DNA of 64,000 bases from Cyanobacteria bacterium SIG26 (lineage in GTDB: Bacteria; Cyanobacteriota; Vampirovibrionia; Gastranaerophilales; Gastranaerophilaceae). Shown in pieces: positions 10,214-19,892 of the stretch. The notes beneath the pieces are model-generated. The model did no database searches, was not told the origin of the DNA, and saw only the letters and a list, made by a program, of their open reading frames with translations. How positions within the stretch are numbered: position 1 is the stretch's first letter; each line of letters begins with the position of its first letter. The stretch lies in the NCBI GenBank assembly GCA_015152555.1, contig SUTS01000010.1, positions 1,138 through 65,137 of the forward strand, read 5' to 3'. The translations under genes were made by a program, and so were the position numbers.

Positions 10214-10938
10214 TATAATGTGAAATCCTTTCCTAAATAAAATTCTTTAGCTACAGGGTTAATTGCAACTTCTTCACTTTTTCCTTGGATTTTGATTTTA
10301 CCGTCAAAAATGACATAAGCTCTATCTGTAATAGACAAAGTAGCTTTAGGGTTGTGGTCTGTAATAAGTACACCTAAACCTTTTTCTTCTGACAGTTTTC
10401 TGATGTTATCTTTAATCTCACCGATTGCAATAGGGTCAATACCTGTAAACGGTTCGTCAAGTAAGATAAAGTCAGGACTTGCAGCCAATGCCCTAGCTAA
10501 TTCCACACGACGTCTTTCACCGCCGGATAGAGAAATAGCTGATGCACTTCTTAATCTTGTTACACCGAATTCGGCCAATAATTCTTCAAGTTTCTTTTTC
10601 TTTTCACATTCAGTTAATTTGTCGTTCATTTCAAGAACAAGTTTGATGTTATCTTCGACAGATAAACTTCTGAAACTGGAAGCTTCTTGAGGTAAATATC
10701 CGATACCGGCTTTTGCTCTGACGTGCATAGGCCAAGATGAAATTTCTTGTCCGTCAAGAGTTATGCTACCTTTGTTTGGTTTTACTAAACCGACAACCAT
10801 ATAAAATGTGGTAGTTTTACCCGCACCATTTGGTCCTAACAAACCTACGACTTCACCTTTATTTATGCTGAAAGACACATCATTAACAACGCTTCTGTCA
10901 CCATATATTTTAATTAGATTTTTAGCCTCAATTCTCAT
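10213..10938 (-). CDS. lptB: LPS export ABC transporter ATP-binding protein
   Basis: 241 aa. Walker A GPNGAGKTT, signature LSGGERRR, Walker B ILLDEP. The LptB-like length and the adjacent LptF/G gene support the call. Confidence 0.85.
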   Translation of the reverse strand: MRIEAKNLIKIYGDRSVVNDVSFSINKGEVVGLLGPNGAGKTTTFYMVVGLVKPNKGSITLDGQEISSWPMHVRAKAGIGYLPQEASSFRSLSVEDNIKLVLEMNDKLTECEKKKKLEELLAEFGVTRLRSASAISLSGGERRRVELARALAASPDFILLDEPFTGIDPIAIGEIKDNIRKLSEEKGLGVLITDHNPKATLSITDRAYVIFDGKIKIQGKSEEVAINPVAKEFYLGKDFTL

Positions 10939-11009
10939 TTTATCCCCTTAATTTCTTAACAGTATTTTAACCGGAAAAAAGTGAGAATGCAAATTTATAA
11001 AGACACTAA

Positions 11010-13022
11010 TTAAACATTAGTTGTTAAAGATGGTGCAATAGAAATGAATTGTCTTACTAAATGGCTATCCCATTGTATTCCTGCGCCTTCTTTTAATATT
11101 GCGCAAGCTTTTTCAATTGGCATACCTTTACGATAAGGTCTGTCACTTACAAGTGCGTGATATGCGTCTGCCACAGATACAATTCTTGCGGCAAGCGGAA
11201 TTTCGTCACCTTTTAATTGTTCAGGATAACCTTTGCCATCTAATCTTTCGTGGTGATATTTAACTATAGGAATTAAATCTCTCAAAGCTTCGTTTGGAGC
11301 TAAGACTTTTTCAGCACCGATTGTTGGGTGTTGTTTCATAATTTCCCATTCTTCATCGGTTAATTTTCCGGGTTTTTTCAACACAGATTCAGGAATTCCG
11401 ATTTTACCAACATCGTGCAATAAAGCTCCGATTTTTATTCGTTCAACTTCGGTTTCAGGGAGATTAACTGCGCGAGCTAGTGCTTCTGCGTATCTTGAGA
11501 CAGAAGTTGAGTGACCTTTTGTATATGGATCTTTTGCATCAATTGCACCCGCGATTGATGTAACCATTTCCATCAGGTGATTATGGTTTATAATTTCTTC
11601 TTGGTTAAATTTGTGTACAAGTTCTTCTTCGAAGTTTATACCGATTTGAGAGTGGCGTTTTGCAAGAACTTCCGCGAATGAGTCTAATGCTACATCATCC
11701 CAGAAGTTGAAGTCAGAAGAACTAATGATTGCAGACATTCCTTCTTTATAGCCTTTTGCTTGAGAAATAAACATTGCTTGTTCAGCTAAAATTAATAGTT
11801 TTTCTTGATCAATCGTACATTCAGGATAAGTTGAAACCCCTACAGATACTTTGATTGGGCCAACATCGTCAACAAAGCAACAAGATAAGCAGTATGTAAT
11901 ATATTCTGCTAAATATTTTGCATCTTTGGTGTTTGTGTTTGGCATTATAATTGCAATTTCATCACCGCCGTACCTTCCTGCCGAATCGTTTGCTCGGATA
12001 TTTTGTTTGATTTTTTCCGCAATTGTTTTAATTACTTCGTCACCTTTTGCGTGTCCAAGTTCTCTGTTGATTTTAGAGATATTATTGACATCAAACATAA
12101 CAACAGAAAGTGGTGTTTCTGTTTCTTTTGCTTTAGTAATTTCTTTTGCAAGAATTTCTTGAAATCCCCTGTGGTTATATAAAGATGTTAATGTATCCGT
12201 ATTTGCATATTTATTTGTTTGTTCCAGTAGCTGTGCATTATGAATGAACATTCCCATATAATTTGAGAAGAATGTTGTTAATGCCATATTAAGAGAAGTA
12301 ATACTTTTACCTACAAGCATTATACCTATACATTTGTTTACTGATATCATCGGAACAATTACTGAACTTGTTTTTGCCAAATAAGGAATGTTCAAATAAT
12401 TAATATTATCTTTGCTAATAATAGATTTTGTATTAAAGCATTCAATAATAGGGTTTGTTTCGTCTGATAAAAATACTTTTGATGAGTATGTATTACCTGT
12501 TTTACTGTATAGTTTAAGATTAATACACTTAGATTTTTCGTGTAACATACCAAATGCAACAAAATTCCATTTTAGTTTGTTTACAAAAATGTCATTTAAT
12601 TGTGTAACAAGGTTAATCATATTTTTACTGTTTTGAAAAATATCTGAAAGGTTTTTCAAAACATCAAAATAATTAACATTAGGATTTGAATAAGAAGAAC
12701 TATCCACAAAGTTTTGAGCATAAGATTTCGGCTTTGATTTTGTGGTGTTGAAATTGTTAATAGTTTCAACAATACTATCTAATGTAGCATCTTCTACTAT
12801 AGAAATAGGTGTAATAAGTTTATCTAGGCTCTTTCTTTTTTGAGTTAAATCTTGTGGTATTGTTGCATTTGTTTTGGCGGGAGGTATTTCATCATTTTGA
12901 GGTACAGAAATCATTTGAATTCCATCTATCGGACTTTTTACCTTTTTAATAGGATTAGAATTCAAAGCTTTTTTTCTACCTTTGGTATTTTTATTTGTTT
13001 CTTTGTTATCTATTTTTTCCAA
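11010..13022 (-). CDS. composite c-di-GMP enzyme: N-terminal sensor region + GGDEF diguanylate cyclase + HD-GYP phosphodiesterase
   Basis: 670 aa. GGDEF domain has RANDSAGRYGGDEIAIIM, with an RxxD I-site 5 residues before GGDEI. HD-GYP domain has HDVGKIGIP...HHERLDGKGYP. Confidence 0.8.
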   Translation of the reverse strand: MEKIDNKETNKNTKGRKKALNSNPIKKVKSPIDGIQMISVPQNDEIPPAKTNATIPQDLTQKRKSLDKLITPISIVEDATLDSIVETINNFNTTKSKPKSYAQNFVDSSSYSNPNVNYFDVLKNLSDIFQNSKNMINLVTQLNDIFVNKLKWNFVAFGMLHEKSKCINLKLYSKTGNTYSSKVFLSDETNPIIECFNTKSIISKDNINYLNIPYLAKTSSVIVPMISVNKCIGIMLVGKSITSLNMALTTFFSNYMGMFIHNAQLLEQTNKYANTDTLTSLYNHRGFQEILAKEITKAKETETPLSVVMFDVNNISKINRELGHAKGDEVIKTIAEKIKQNIRANDSAGRYGGDEIAIIMPNTNTKDAKYLAEYITYCLSCCFVDDVGPIKVSVGVSTYPECTIDQEKLLILAEQAMFISQAKGYKEGMSAIISSSDFNFWDDVALDSFAEVLAKRHSQIGINFEEELVHKFNQEEIINHNHLMEMVTSIAGAIDAKDPYTKGHSTSVSRYAEALARAVNLPETEVERIKIGALLHDVGKIGIPESVLKKPGKLTDEEWEIMKQHPTIGAEKVLAPNEALRDLIPIVKYHHERLDGKGYPEQLKGDEIPLAARIVSVADAYHALVSDRPYRKGMPIEKACAILKEGAGIQWDSHLVRQFISIAPSLTTNV

Positions 13023-13356
13023 AACAATACTACCTACAATTTTTTTTAATAACTGTGCTGATAAAATTTTTTTGACAATTTTGCCATATTATTTTACATT
13101 ACTCAACAATTCTACCTCATATTATTTTGAAATCAATCCTACATACAGACGGAAAAATTCCAACCAAATGAATCCTACTCACAGTTTATTTAAAAAACTA
13201 CTACACATATAGTATAAACTATGAGGAATTCTTTTTCTAGTGCATGTTCGGCAAATATTAATATATGTAACAAAAGTTTTATTATTCTTAAAGTTTTCTA
13301 TGGATTTTGCCGATATATAGTTTGTGATAAACAATGAAATTTTAAGGAGTGTAGAA

Positions 13357-13566
13357 ATGTCTGAAAGAAAAATTATGGATGTAGAAGATTTAATGATTGA
13401 TTATGCAGAAATGACAAGTTTTGATTTTGGGTCATTAAATGATGAAGAAATGGATACTTTGAATAGAATTACGCATAGCGAATATTCAAGAAAACCTTAT
13501 GCGTTTAAATATGGAAATTTCAAATTAGTGGATTATTTTCATTCACTAATTGCAGAAAGAAGCTAA
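13357..13566 (+). CDS. small acidic hypothetical protein (69 aa)
   Basis: ATG is 8 nt after AAGGAG. The ORF-track start at 13324 lacks an RBS. No recognisable domain. Confidence 0.45.
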   Translation: MSERKIMDVEDLMIDYAEMTSFDFGSLNDEEMDTLNRITHSEYSRKPYAFKYGNFKLVDYFHSLIAERS

Positions 13567-13593
13567 TAGCTGTAGATTTTGGAGATATGTATC

Positions 13594-13824
13594 ATGGATG
13601 AAAAACAATTATTTGACTCAGGATGTTTTTTACCTTGTTGGACCGAAGATGTTGCAGAGCAACAATCTCCGATAGCAACGGTTTATACAAGAGGTAACAA
13701 AGACCTACAAACGCTGTTGTCTGAACTTGAACAAATTAAAGGTCAAATCCAAGATATTCAAGAAAGACAATGGAATCTTGCAAGATTAATTCATTTTCAT
13801 GAAAATAATCTTGTTAAAGATTAG
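13594..13824 (+). CDS. small hypothetical protein (76 aa)
   Basis: ATG is 9 nt after GGAG. The C-terminal half has a coiled-coil character (LQTLLSELEQIKGQIQDIQERQ). A terminator follows. Confidence 0.45.
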   Translation: MDEKQLFDSGCFLPCWTEDVAEQQSPIATVYTRGNKDLQTLLSELEQIKGQIQDIQERQWNLARLIHFHENNLVKD

Positions 13825-13856
13825 AATGACTACCAGACATACACACATAATAAAAA

Positions 13857-13886
13857 GCCATAAACGTTGATTTATGGCATTTTTTT
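13857..13886 (+). terminator. rho-independent terminator
   Basis: GCCATAAA-CGTTGA-TTTATGGC followed by ATTTTTTT. Confidence 0.65.
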
Positions 13887-13915
13887 GTGAAATTTAAGTT
13901 CGAGGTTGTTATAAA

Positions 13916-14152
13916 TTAAGCTGTCTTGAGTTTTTCTTCCGGTTCCCCGATTGTTTGAAGGAGTATGTCGATTACTTTTGGCATTTGGCATATAAAAGAA
14001 TAATGTCCGTGGCGTAATGAACATTTTTTGCAATCACAATTAATGTAGTAACACTCTAGGGCTTGTTCTGTCCAATTTTGGGTTATGGAATCTGACATAC
14101 ATTCATTTTCCGGAGTGTAAAATTCTACATTCTCAGTGATAATCCTGTTCAT
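13916..14152 (-). CDS. small Cys-rich hypothetical protein (78 aa)
   Basis: ATG at 14152 is preceded by GGGAGG (4-nt spacer). Contains ECYYINCDCKKCSLRHGHYSFIC, a possible metal-binding cluster. Confidence 0.5.
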   Translation of the reverse strand: MNRIITENVEFYTPENECMSDSITQNWTEQALECYYINCDCKKCSLRHGHYSFICQMPKVIDILLQTIGEPEEKLKTA

Positions 14153-14313
14153 ATAGCCTCCCAATTCTTAATAAACACCTATTAATATTTTGAACGATTG
14201 GGGTTTAATTTTAATCCTCTATTTGTATGAGAAATTAAGATAAAGAAATTTGTTTAAAGGTTTGCCCTTATTGCTTTCTATGGTATTATAAATTAATAAT
14301 AGGACTTGGGAAA

Positions 14314-16668
14314 ATGAGAAAAGAATGGGTTTTAGATAGTAACATTTCAAAAGAAAAATCTTTAGTAAAAAGGTTATTAATCTCACGAGGAATAAAAACA
14401 GAAGAAGAAATTCATGAATTTTTAAATCCGCTTGAGATGGATATTACATCTCCGATTGTTTTTACTGATATGGAAAAAGCCATCGAAAGATTAAGTCGTG
14501 CTATTGATAGTGAAGAAGTCATAATTATTTATGGCGATTTTGATGCTGATGGTGTTACTTCAACTTCTGTTTTATACAAAACATTAAAATATTTAGGTGC
14601 GAATGTTCATTATTTTATTCCAGATAGAGAAAATGAAGGACATGGTTTTGATAAGAAAGCGCTTATCAAATTAATGACAACAGTAAAACCAAAAGTTATT
14701 ATTTCGGTTGATTGTGGGATTTCAGATGTAGATGCGGTTAATTTTATTAATACATTTAAAACAATAGATGTTATTATTACAGATCACCACGAAGCTCCGG
14801 AAGAATTACCGAAGGCTTATGCAATAATTAATCCAAAGGCCCCAAATGCTTTAGATGAAAATTTATCATCAAAGCAAATTGAATATTTAACATATCTTGC
14901 TGGTTGTGGGGTTGCGTTTAAAGTTGCTCAAGCTCTTTTAATAAAATATGAAAAAACGGAATTTGTATATGAGATTTTACCTTTTGTTGCAGTTGGAACA
15001 GTTGCTGATGTGGTTCCATTATTGGGAGAAAATAGATACTTTGTTACTAAAGGGTTGGAGTTGATTTCTCGAGGAAAACATTATGGCTTGAAAAGACTTT
15101 TGGAAAGTGCCGGATTTGATATTACAAAAGGTATAACTTCAGAAAATATTGCCTTTGGTGTTGCTCCAAGAATTAATGCATCAGGCCGCTTGGACACTGT
15201 GGATGCGGCGCTAAAAGTGTTGATTTCTGAGAACCCTCAAGAAATTGAAATGGCTGTAACTACTTTAAATGAATTAAATAAAGTACGTCAAACACTTTGT
15301 CAAGAAATTTTTGAACAAGCTGATAGAATGGTACAAAAAGAGGGTAATAGAAATCCTGCGATAGTTTTATATAGTGAAGAATGGCACATTGGCATTATTG
15401 GGATTGTGGCATCAAAGCTTGTTGAAAAATATTATAAACCGGTTTTTTTGATGGCTTATGTTAAAGAAAAAGATCAGTTTAGGTGCTCTGCAAGAAGTAT
15501 AGAAGGAGTACCATTATATGATGTTATTGATGCAAATTCAGAATTGTTTGATGGTTTTGGCGGGCATAAATTGGCGGCAGGTTTGAGTTTTACCGGTGAA
15601 AAAACCCCGTTTGAGACTGTAAAAAAGGCTTTGAATGAAACAGTAAAAGAATATGTGGCAAATAAAGATTTAAAGCCGTTTGTCAAAATTGACTTATTAT
15701 TGGAAGAACAAGACATTTCCGCAGATTTAGTGGAAGAAATTTCTCAACTAGAGCCGTTTGGAGCTTCAAATCCGAGTCCGATTTTTGCTATGAAAAATTT
15801 AAAAATTATGCAAAAAAGAACTATGGGGTCTGATAATTCTCATTTGAGGTTGGTTGTGACAGGTGGGGTGCAAGAATTAACGGCTATTTGGTGGAAAAAT
15901 GGTCATGCCCCGTTATCGTCAGGTGATAATCTTGATATTGCTTTTCATCCGCAGATAAATGAATTTAATGGTAATATTTCTGTCCAATTAATAATCGATG
16001 ATGTGCATTCAGATGCGATTGTGGATGAGCCAATTGTGATACCATCTGCATATAAAATTTATGATAATCGAGAAAAGACAGGAATTTTACCTAATGTTAA
16101 TGATTATATTAAAAATTCTAAATTAAACATTCGAGTTTTTGCTGAAAGTAGGTATATTTTAGATACTATAAAATCTTATGCTGAAATAAGTGCTAGAACC
16201 TTTACCAGACAAGATATTCCACGATGTGATGTTGTGATGTTTTTCGATTATCCGTCAGATAAACAAACTTTGGATTTAATTTTAGAAAAAGCGCAACCAA
16301 AAGGATTGCATTTTATGAATTATGAACCAAAGATTCTTGATGAACAGGAGTTTTTAAAAACATTTACAGGCATGTTAAAGTTTGCTGCTCATAATAATGA
16401 CGGAAAAGTTGAATTGATACGTTGCTCCAGCTTTTTAGGCAAGTCTGTTAAAATTTTTGAGATGTTACTTGCATTATATGAACAAGTTGGATTTATTAAA
16501 ATTTTAGATAAAAATAGTGCATTTTATACAATAGAGTTTATTGGTGTTGATGATATTTCCAAAATTTTGCACACGGAAAAATATACTCAAATTTTTGAAT
16601 TGATAATTGAATGTGAACAATTCCAAAAAAGTTTGTTGGAAGATGATTTAACGCAAATAGTGTTGTAA
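14314..16668 (+). CDS. recJ: single-stranded-DNA-specific exonuclease RecJ
   Basis: 784 aa. DHH motifs DFDADGVTS, DCG, ITDHH and the DHHA1 block GGHKLAAG are present, plus a long C-terminal region. Confidence 0.85.
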   Translation: MRKEWVLDSNISKEKSLVKRLLISRGIKTEEEIHEFLNPLEMDITSPIVFTDMEKAIERLSRAIDSEEVIIIYGDFDADGVTSTSVLYKTLKYLGANVHYFIPDRENEGHGFDKKALIKLMTTVKPKVIISVDCGISDVDAVNFINTFKTIDVIITDHHEAPEELPKAYAIINPKAPNALDENLSSKQIEYLTYLAGCGVAFKVAQALLIKYEKTEFVYEILPFVAVGTVADVVPLLGENRYFVTKGLELISRGKHYGLKRLLESAGFDITKGITSENIAFGVAPRINASGRLDTVDAALKVLISENPQEIEMAVTTLNELNKVRQTLCQEIFEQADRMVQKEGNRNPAIVLYSEEWHIGIIGIVASKLVEKYYKPVFLMAYVKEKDQFRCSARSIEGVPLYDVIDANSELFDGFGGHKLAAGLSFTGEKTPFETVKKALNETVKEYVANKDLKPFVKIDLLLEEQDISADLVEEISQLEPFGASNPSPIFAMKNLKIMQKRTMGSDNSHLRLVVTGGVQELTAIWWKNGHAPLSSGDNLDIAFHPQINEFNGNISVQLIIDDVHSDAIVDEPIVIPSAYKIYDNREKTGILPNVNDYIKNSKLNIRVFAESRYILDTIKSYAEISARTFTRQDIPRCDVVMFFDYPSDKQTLDLILEKAQPKGLHFMNYEPKILDEQEFLKTFTGMLKFAAHNNDGKVELIRCSSFLGKSVKIFEMLLALYEQVGFIKILDKNSAFYTIEFIGVDDISKILHTEKYTQIFELIIECEQFQKSLLEDDLTQIVL

Positions 16669-16672
16669 TTTG

Positions 16673-17326
16673 TTAGTATAAAATGCATTTATTGCGGCCG
16701 GTGTTTTTGGCTTCGTATAATGCTTGGTCTGTTTTTTGTAAATAATCTTCTTTTGTAAGGAATTCATTACGGAATTGGCAAGCTCCGACGCTCACTGTTA
16801 CGCTAATTTCTTGATTTTGATATTTTAATCCAAGAGTTTCAATGGTTTTTCTAAATCTTTCAAGTGGAATAATAGATTGTTGTATATCGGTTTCTGTCAA
16901 AATAACAACAAATTCTTCGCCACCAAATCTAAATACGGTATCAGTTTTTCTGAATGTTTGTAGAGCTGCATTAGAAACTTGTTGTAGTACATAGTCTCCA
17001 CAAGGGTGGCCGTATGTGTCATTTATTTGTTTAAAATGGTCAATGTCAAACATAACAAGAGTTAATTTGTTAGAATATCTTGCGGCACGTAAAAATTCTT
17101 TTTCAAATGTATTTTCAAAACTTCTACGGTTAAACAATCCGGTTAATTCATCTGTCATGGACAAATATTTTGTACGAGTGTACATAAAATTTATTTGTTG
17201 TATGATTTCCAGTTTATTTTCTTCCGGAACGTCAAAATTTCTTATAATATCTTGAATGTTTTGTTGAATATCATCTAAAACACTATCCGGAATATTAAAT
17301 GCCATTTGTTCAATATCTTCAACCAT
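16673..17326 (-). CDS. stand-alone GGDEF diguanylate cyclase
   Basis: 217 aa. DELTGLFNRR and RKTDTVFRFGGEEFVVIL (I-site RxxD plus GGEEF). Converges on the recJ stop with a 4-bp gap. Confidence 0.8.
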   Translation of the reverse strand: MVEDIEQMAFNIPDSVLDDIQQNIQDIIRNFDVPEENKLEIIQQINFMYTRTKYLSMTDELTGLFNRRSFENTFEKEFLRAARYSNKLTLVMFDIDHFKQINDTYGHPCGDYVLQQVSNAALQTFRKTDTVFRFGGEEFVVILTETDIQQSIIPLERFRKTIETLGLKYQNQEISVTVSVGACQFRNEFLTKEDYLQKTDQALYEAKNTGRNKCILY

Positions 17327-17526
17327 AAAGCTCCTCTTGTGTATGATTTTAGCACAAATACTTCTTTAAAGTACTCTCATTTTGTAATATATTATTCGGC
17401 ATTTTTATTGAAAACTTTAATAATTAATAATTTTATTTACAAAACTAAATAATATAAAATTTTTTAGCAATTTAATAGTAAAAAATTTTTTTATAACAAT
17501 ATAGTAGGTCAGTAGTAGGATTATTC

Positions 17527-18570
17527 ATGCATAATATTTCGTTGTTGAACAATTTTAATGTTTCAACCGTAAATACAGCAAAAGATAATAATGTAAATTC
17601 CCGTGTTACTAATCCGATAAAGACGGTAACAGATGGGGATAAACAGCTATTGCATACTTTAGATGTTTTATCAATTTTAAATCGTGCAAATATTGCAGAT
17701 TATAGATTAAGAATTTCATCTTGTGATGGTGCTATTGGCGAATTTAAGCAAGGTGGAATGGGTGATTGTTGGTTATTATCAGGGTTGAGAGCATTATCGA
17801 CAACGCCTATTGGTTCAGATATTATAAATAATTCTATTACTAAAAATGAGGATGGTTCTGTAAGTGTTAATTTCAAAGGATTAAATACTTCTTATGCAGT
17901 AACAGAGGAAGAATTTAACCGTGCAACTCAAAAATTTGTGACTAGTCCTGATGGTGTGAAAGAACGTGTGTATTCAAACGGAGATGCGGATGTTTTGGTA
18001 TTTGAATTGGCTGTAGAAAAACTACGAACTGACATTAGTGATGGAAAATTCGATGAAATAAAAGTGCCAAATTATGCCAAAACAATTTTAAATCCTAAAA
18101 AACCGCTTAATGATGGTAGCCCTGCTCAACTATTCTATTTGTTAACCGGTAATGAAGTGTGCGGTATTAATGGGCAAAACATTCAGACTCCTGATGGTAA
18201 AGTTCTTTGTAAAAATAATAGAGAAAAATTATCCGAATTTTTTGATAGGTATTTAATGGATAATAAAAAATATGCTGCAACATTTAATGTTGCTGACGGA
18301 TTAACTGTTGTTGATGTTTCGGGCAGAGAAATCCAATTGAGGCCAAAACATGAATATGCTATTGAGGGCTCTGTTGGGTCTAATTTGATTGTTACAAATC
18401 CGCACAATTCAGCAAGAAAATTAGTTATTCCTCTTGTAAACATTATAGATAATATCGGTGGGTTGAATTATCAAAATTTAAAAGATAATTACGATTTCTT
18501 TGATGATGGATTAAAGAAACATTTAATAAAATCTACCGCAGCAAATAATTATGTTAATAAGAATTATTAA
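17527..18570 (+). CDS. calpain-like (papain-fold, C2-like) cysteine protease
   Basis: 347 aa. QGGMGDCWLLSGLRAL (calpain Cys motif), KHEYAIEG (His) and IVTNPHN (Asn) occur in calpain order. No signal peptide. Confidence 0.65.
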   Translation: MHNISLLNNFNVSTVNTAKDNNVNSRVTNPIKTVTDGDKQLLHTLDVLSILNRANIADYRLRISSCDGAIGEFKQGGMGDCWLLSGLRALSTTPIGSDIINNSITKNEDGSVSVNFKGLNTSYAVTEEEFNRATQKFVTSPDGVKERVYSNGDADVLVFELAVEKLRTDISDGKFDEIKVPNYAKTILNPKKPLNDGSPAQLFYLLTGNEVCGINGQNIQTPDGKVLCKNNREKLSEFFDRYLMDNKKYAATFNVADGLTVVDVSGREIQLRPKHEYAIEGSVGSNLIVTNPHNSARKLVIPLVNIIDNIGGLNYQNLKDNYDFFDDGLKKHLIKSTAANNYVNKNY

Positions 18571-18572
18571 TA

Positions 18573-19148
18573 TTATTTGGCTTTAATGTTTGTTCCGAAC
18601 ATTTGATTATATCTGTTTGTAATTTTTTGTCGAATAGCTTTTCCGATTTTATTGTTTCCTTCAATTAAGCACATTGAACAAGTAGCATAATCATATCCAT
18701 TAATTTTCCCGTTTAAATTTCCGTTTTCACAATCTTTATCAAACACAGATAATACTGCGGCCATTTCTTTTTCATCAATTATTGTATTCCCGTCAACATT
18801 GATGTTGTTTGCGATATTTCGTGCTGCTTGTATGAACTCCGGATCATTTTTGTATTCAAGTGGTAATTTTGCTAATTCGGATTTTATATATTCTTGTAAT
18901 GTTAAATTCCCTTTGCCATCACCGTATGTTTTATCTAAATGAGTTATATATGTTTTGCCCAAATTTATAAAACCATTGCGATAAGCCTTATCAAGTTCTG
19001 ATGCAGAAGCTCCGCTTTTTACAAGGTTATCCCAAGCGCTGCCTAAAACATTAAAAGTTTTGTTTCGTAATGTTTTTTCGTCAAAGCTTGTTGCTGCAGT
19101 ATTAAACCAATTTTCTAATTTTATCCCAATATTATTTCCTGTACTCAT
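18573..19148 (-). CDS. EF-hand-type Ca-binding protein, paralogue 1
   Basis: 191 aa. Ca-loop-like segments YGDGKGNLTLQE, NINVDGNTIIDE and NGNLNGKINGYD. About 35-40% similar to the next ORF (shared AYRNGFIN..HLDxxYG). Confidence 0.6.
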   Translation of the reverse strand: MSTGNNIGIKLENWFNTAATSFDEKTLRNKTFNVLGSAWDNLVKSGASASELDKAYRNGFINLGKTYITHLDKTYGDGKGNLTLQEYIKSELAKLPLEYKNDPEFIQAARNIANNINVDGNTIIDEKEMAAVLSVFDKDCENGNLNGKINGYDYATCSMCLIEGNNKIGKAIRQKITNRYNQMFGTNIKAK

Positions 19149-19162
19149 ATATCTCCTTTCTA

Positions 19163-19789
19163 TTATTTACTTGTTTTTTGGGGATATGTTCCAAATAATT
19201 CTTCGTAAACCATTTTCATTTGTTGTAAAAATTCTTTTGCTTTTGTTGTTCCTTTTTCTACAAAACCGTATCCATGGCGGGTATAATCGGCACCATTAAT
19301 TTCGCCATCTTTATCCTCATCAATATCACCGTCAATTGTAGCTAAGAATGTCGCCATTTCTTTGACATTAATTGTATTTCCGCCCTCGATATTGATATTA
19401 TTGTAGGTATTTACAAACGGTTTGCTTGCGATTTCTTTTTCACGTATACTCATTTCTGACATATCACCATAAATAGTTTGTTGTCTGTATTTGACGAACT
19501 CACTACGAGTTAATTCCCCATCACCATTTCCATATTTTTCATCAAGATGTTTTATAAAATAGTTCGCCATATTAATAAAGCCGTTACGGTATGAGTTTTG
19601 TTCTTTTTTGCTAAGATTTTCCCAGTTTTCAATCCCATCAAATGCACTACCTGCGATAGAAAAATACATATTTTCAAGCTTTTGTGTGCTATATGTACTT
19701 TCTGCTTTAGCTAAAAAATTTTCTAATTTTATAGCAGCTTTTTTTGCAGCAATAGGCTGCGCATTGCTTCGAGTGTTAACCTTTGTCAT
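19163..19789 (-). CDS. EF-hand-type Ca-binding protein, paralogue 2
   Basis: Start taken at M23 of the track ORF (ATG 19789, AAGGGA upstream), giving 208 aa. Loops YGNGDGELTRSE and DEDKDGEINGAD. Confidence 0.55.
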   Translation of the reverse strand: MTKVNTRSNAQPIAAKKAAIKLENFLAKAESTYSTQKLENMYFSIAGSAFDGIENWENLSKKEQNSYRNGFINMANYFIKHLDEKYGNGDGELTRSEFVKYRQQTIYGDMSEMSIREKEIASKPFVNTYNNINIEGGNTINVKEMATFLATIDGDIDEDKDGEINGADYTRHGYGFVEKGTTKAKEFLQQMKMVYEELFGTYPQKTSK

Positions 19790-19892
19790 AATAATATCCC
19801 TTTTAATTTTATCCCTGTACTTTAATAAAGTTTTTTGAGTATAAAATATTGACAAAATATATATACTTTATTTACAAAGATTTACAATGGGG

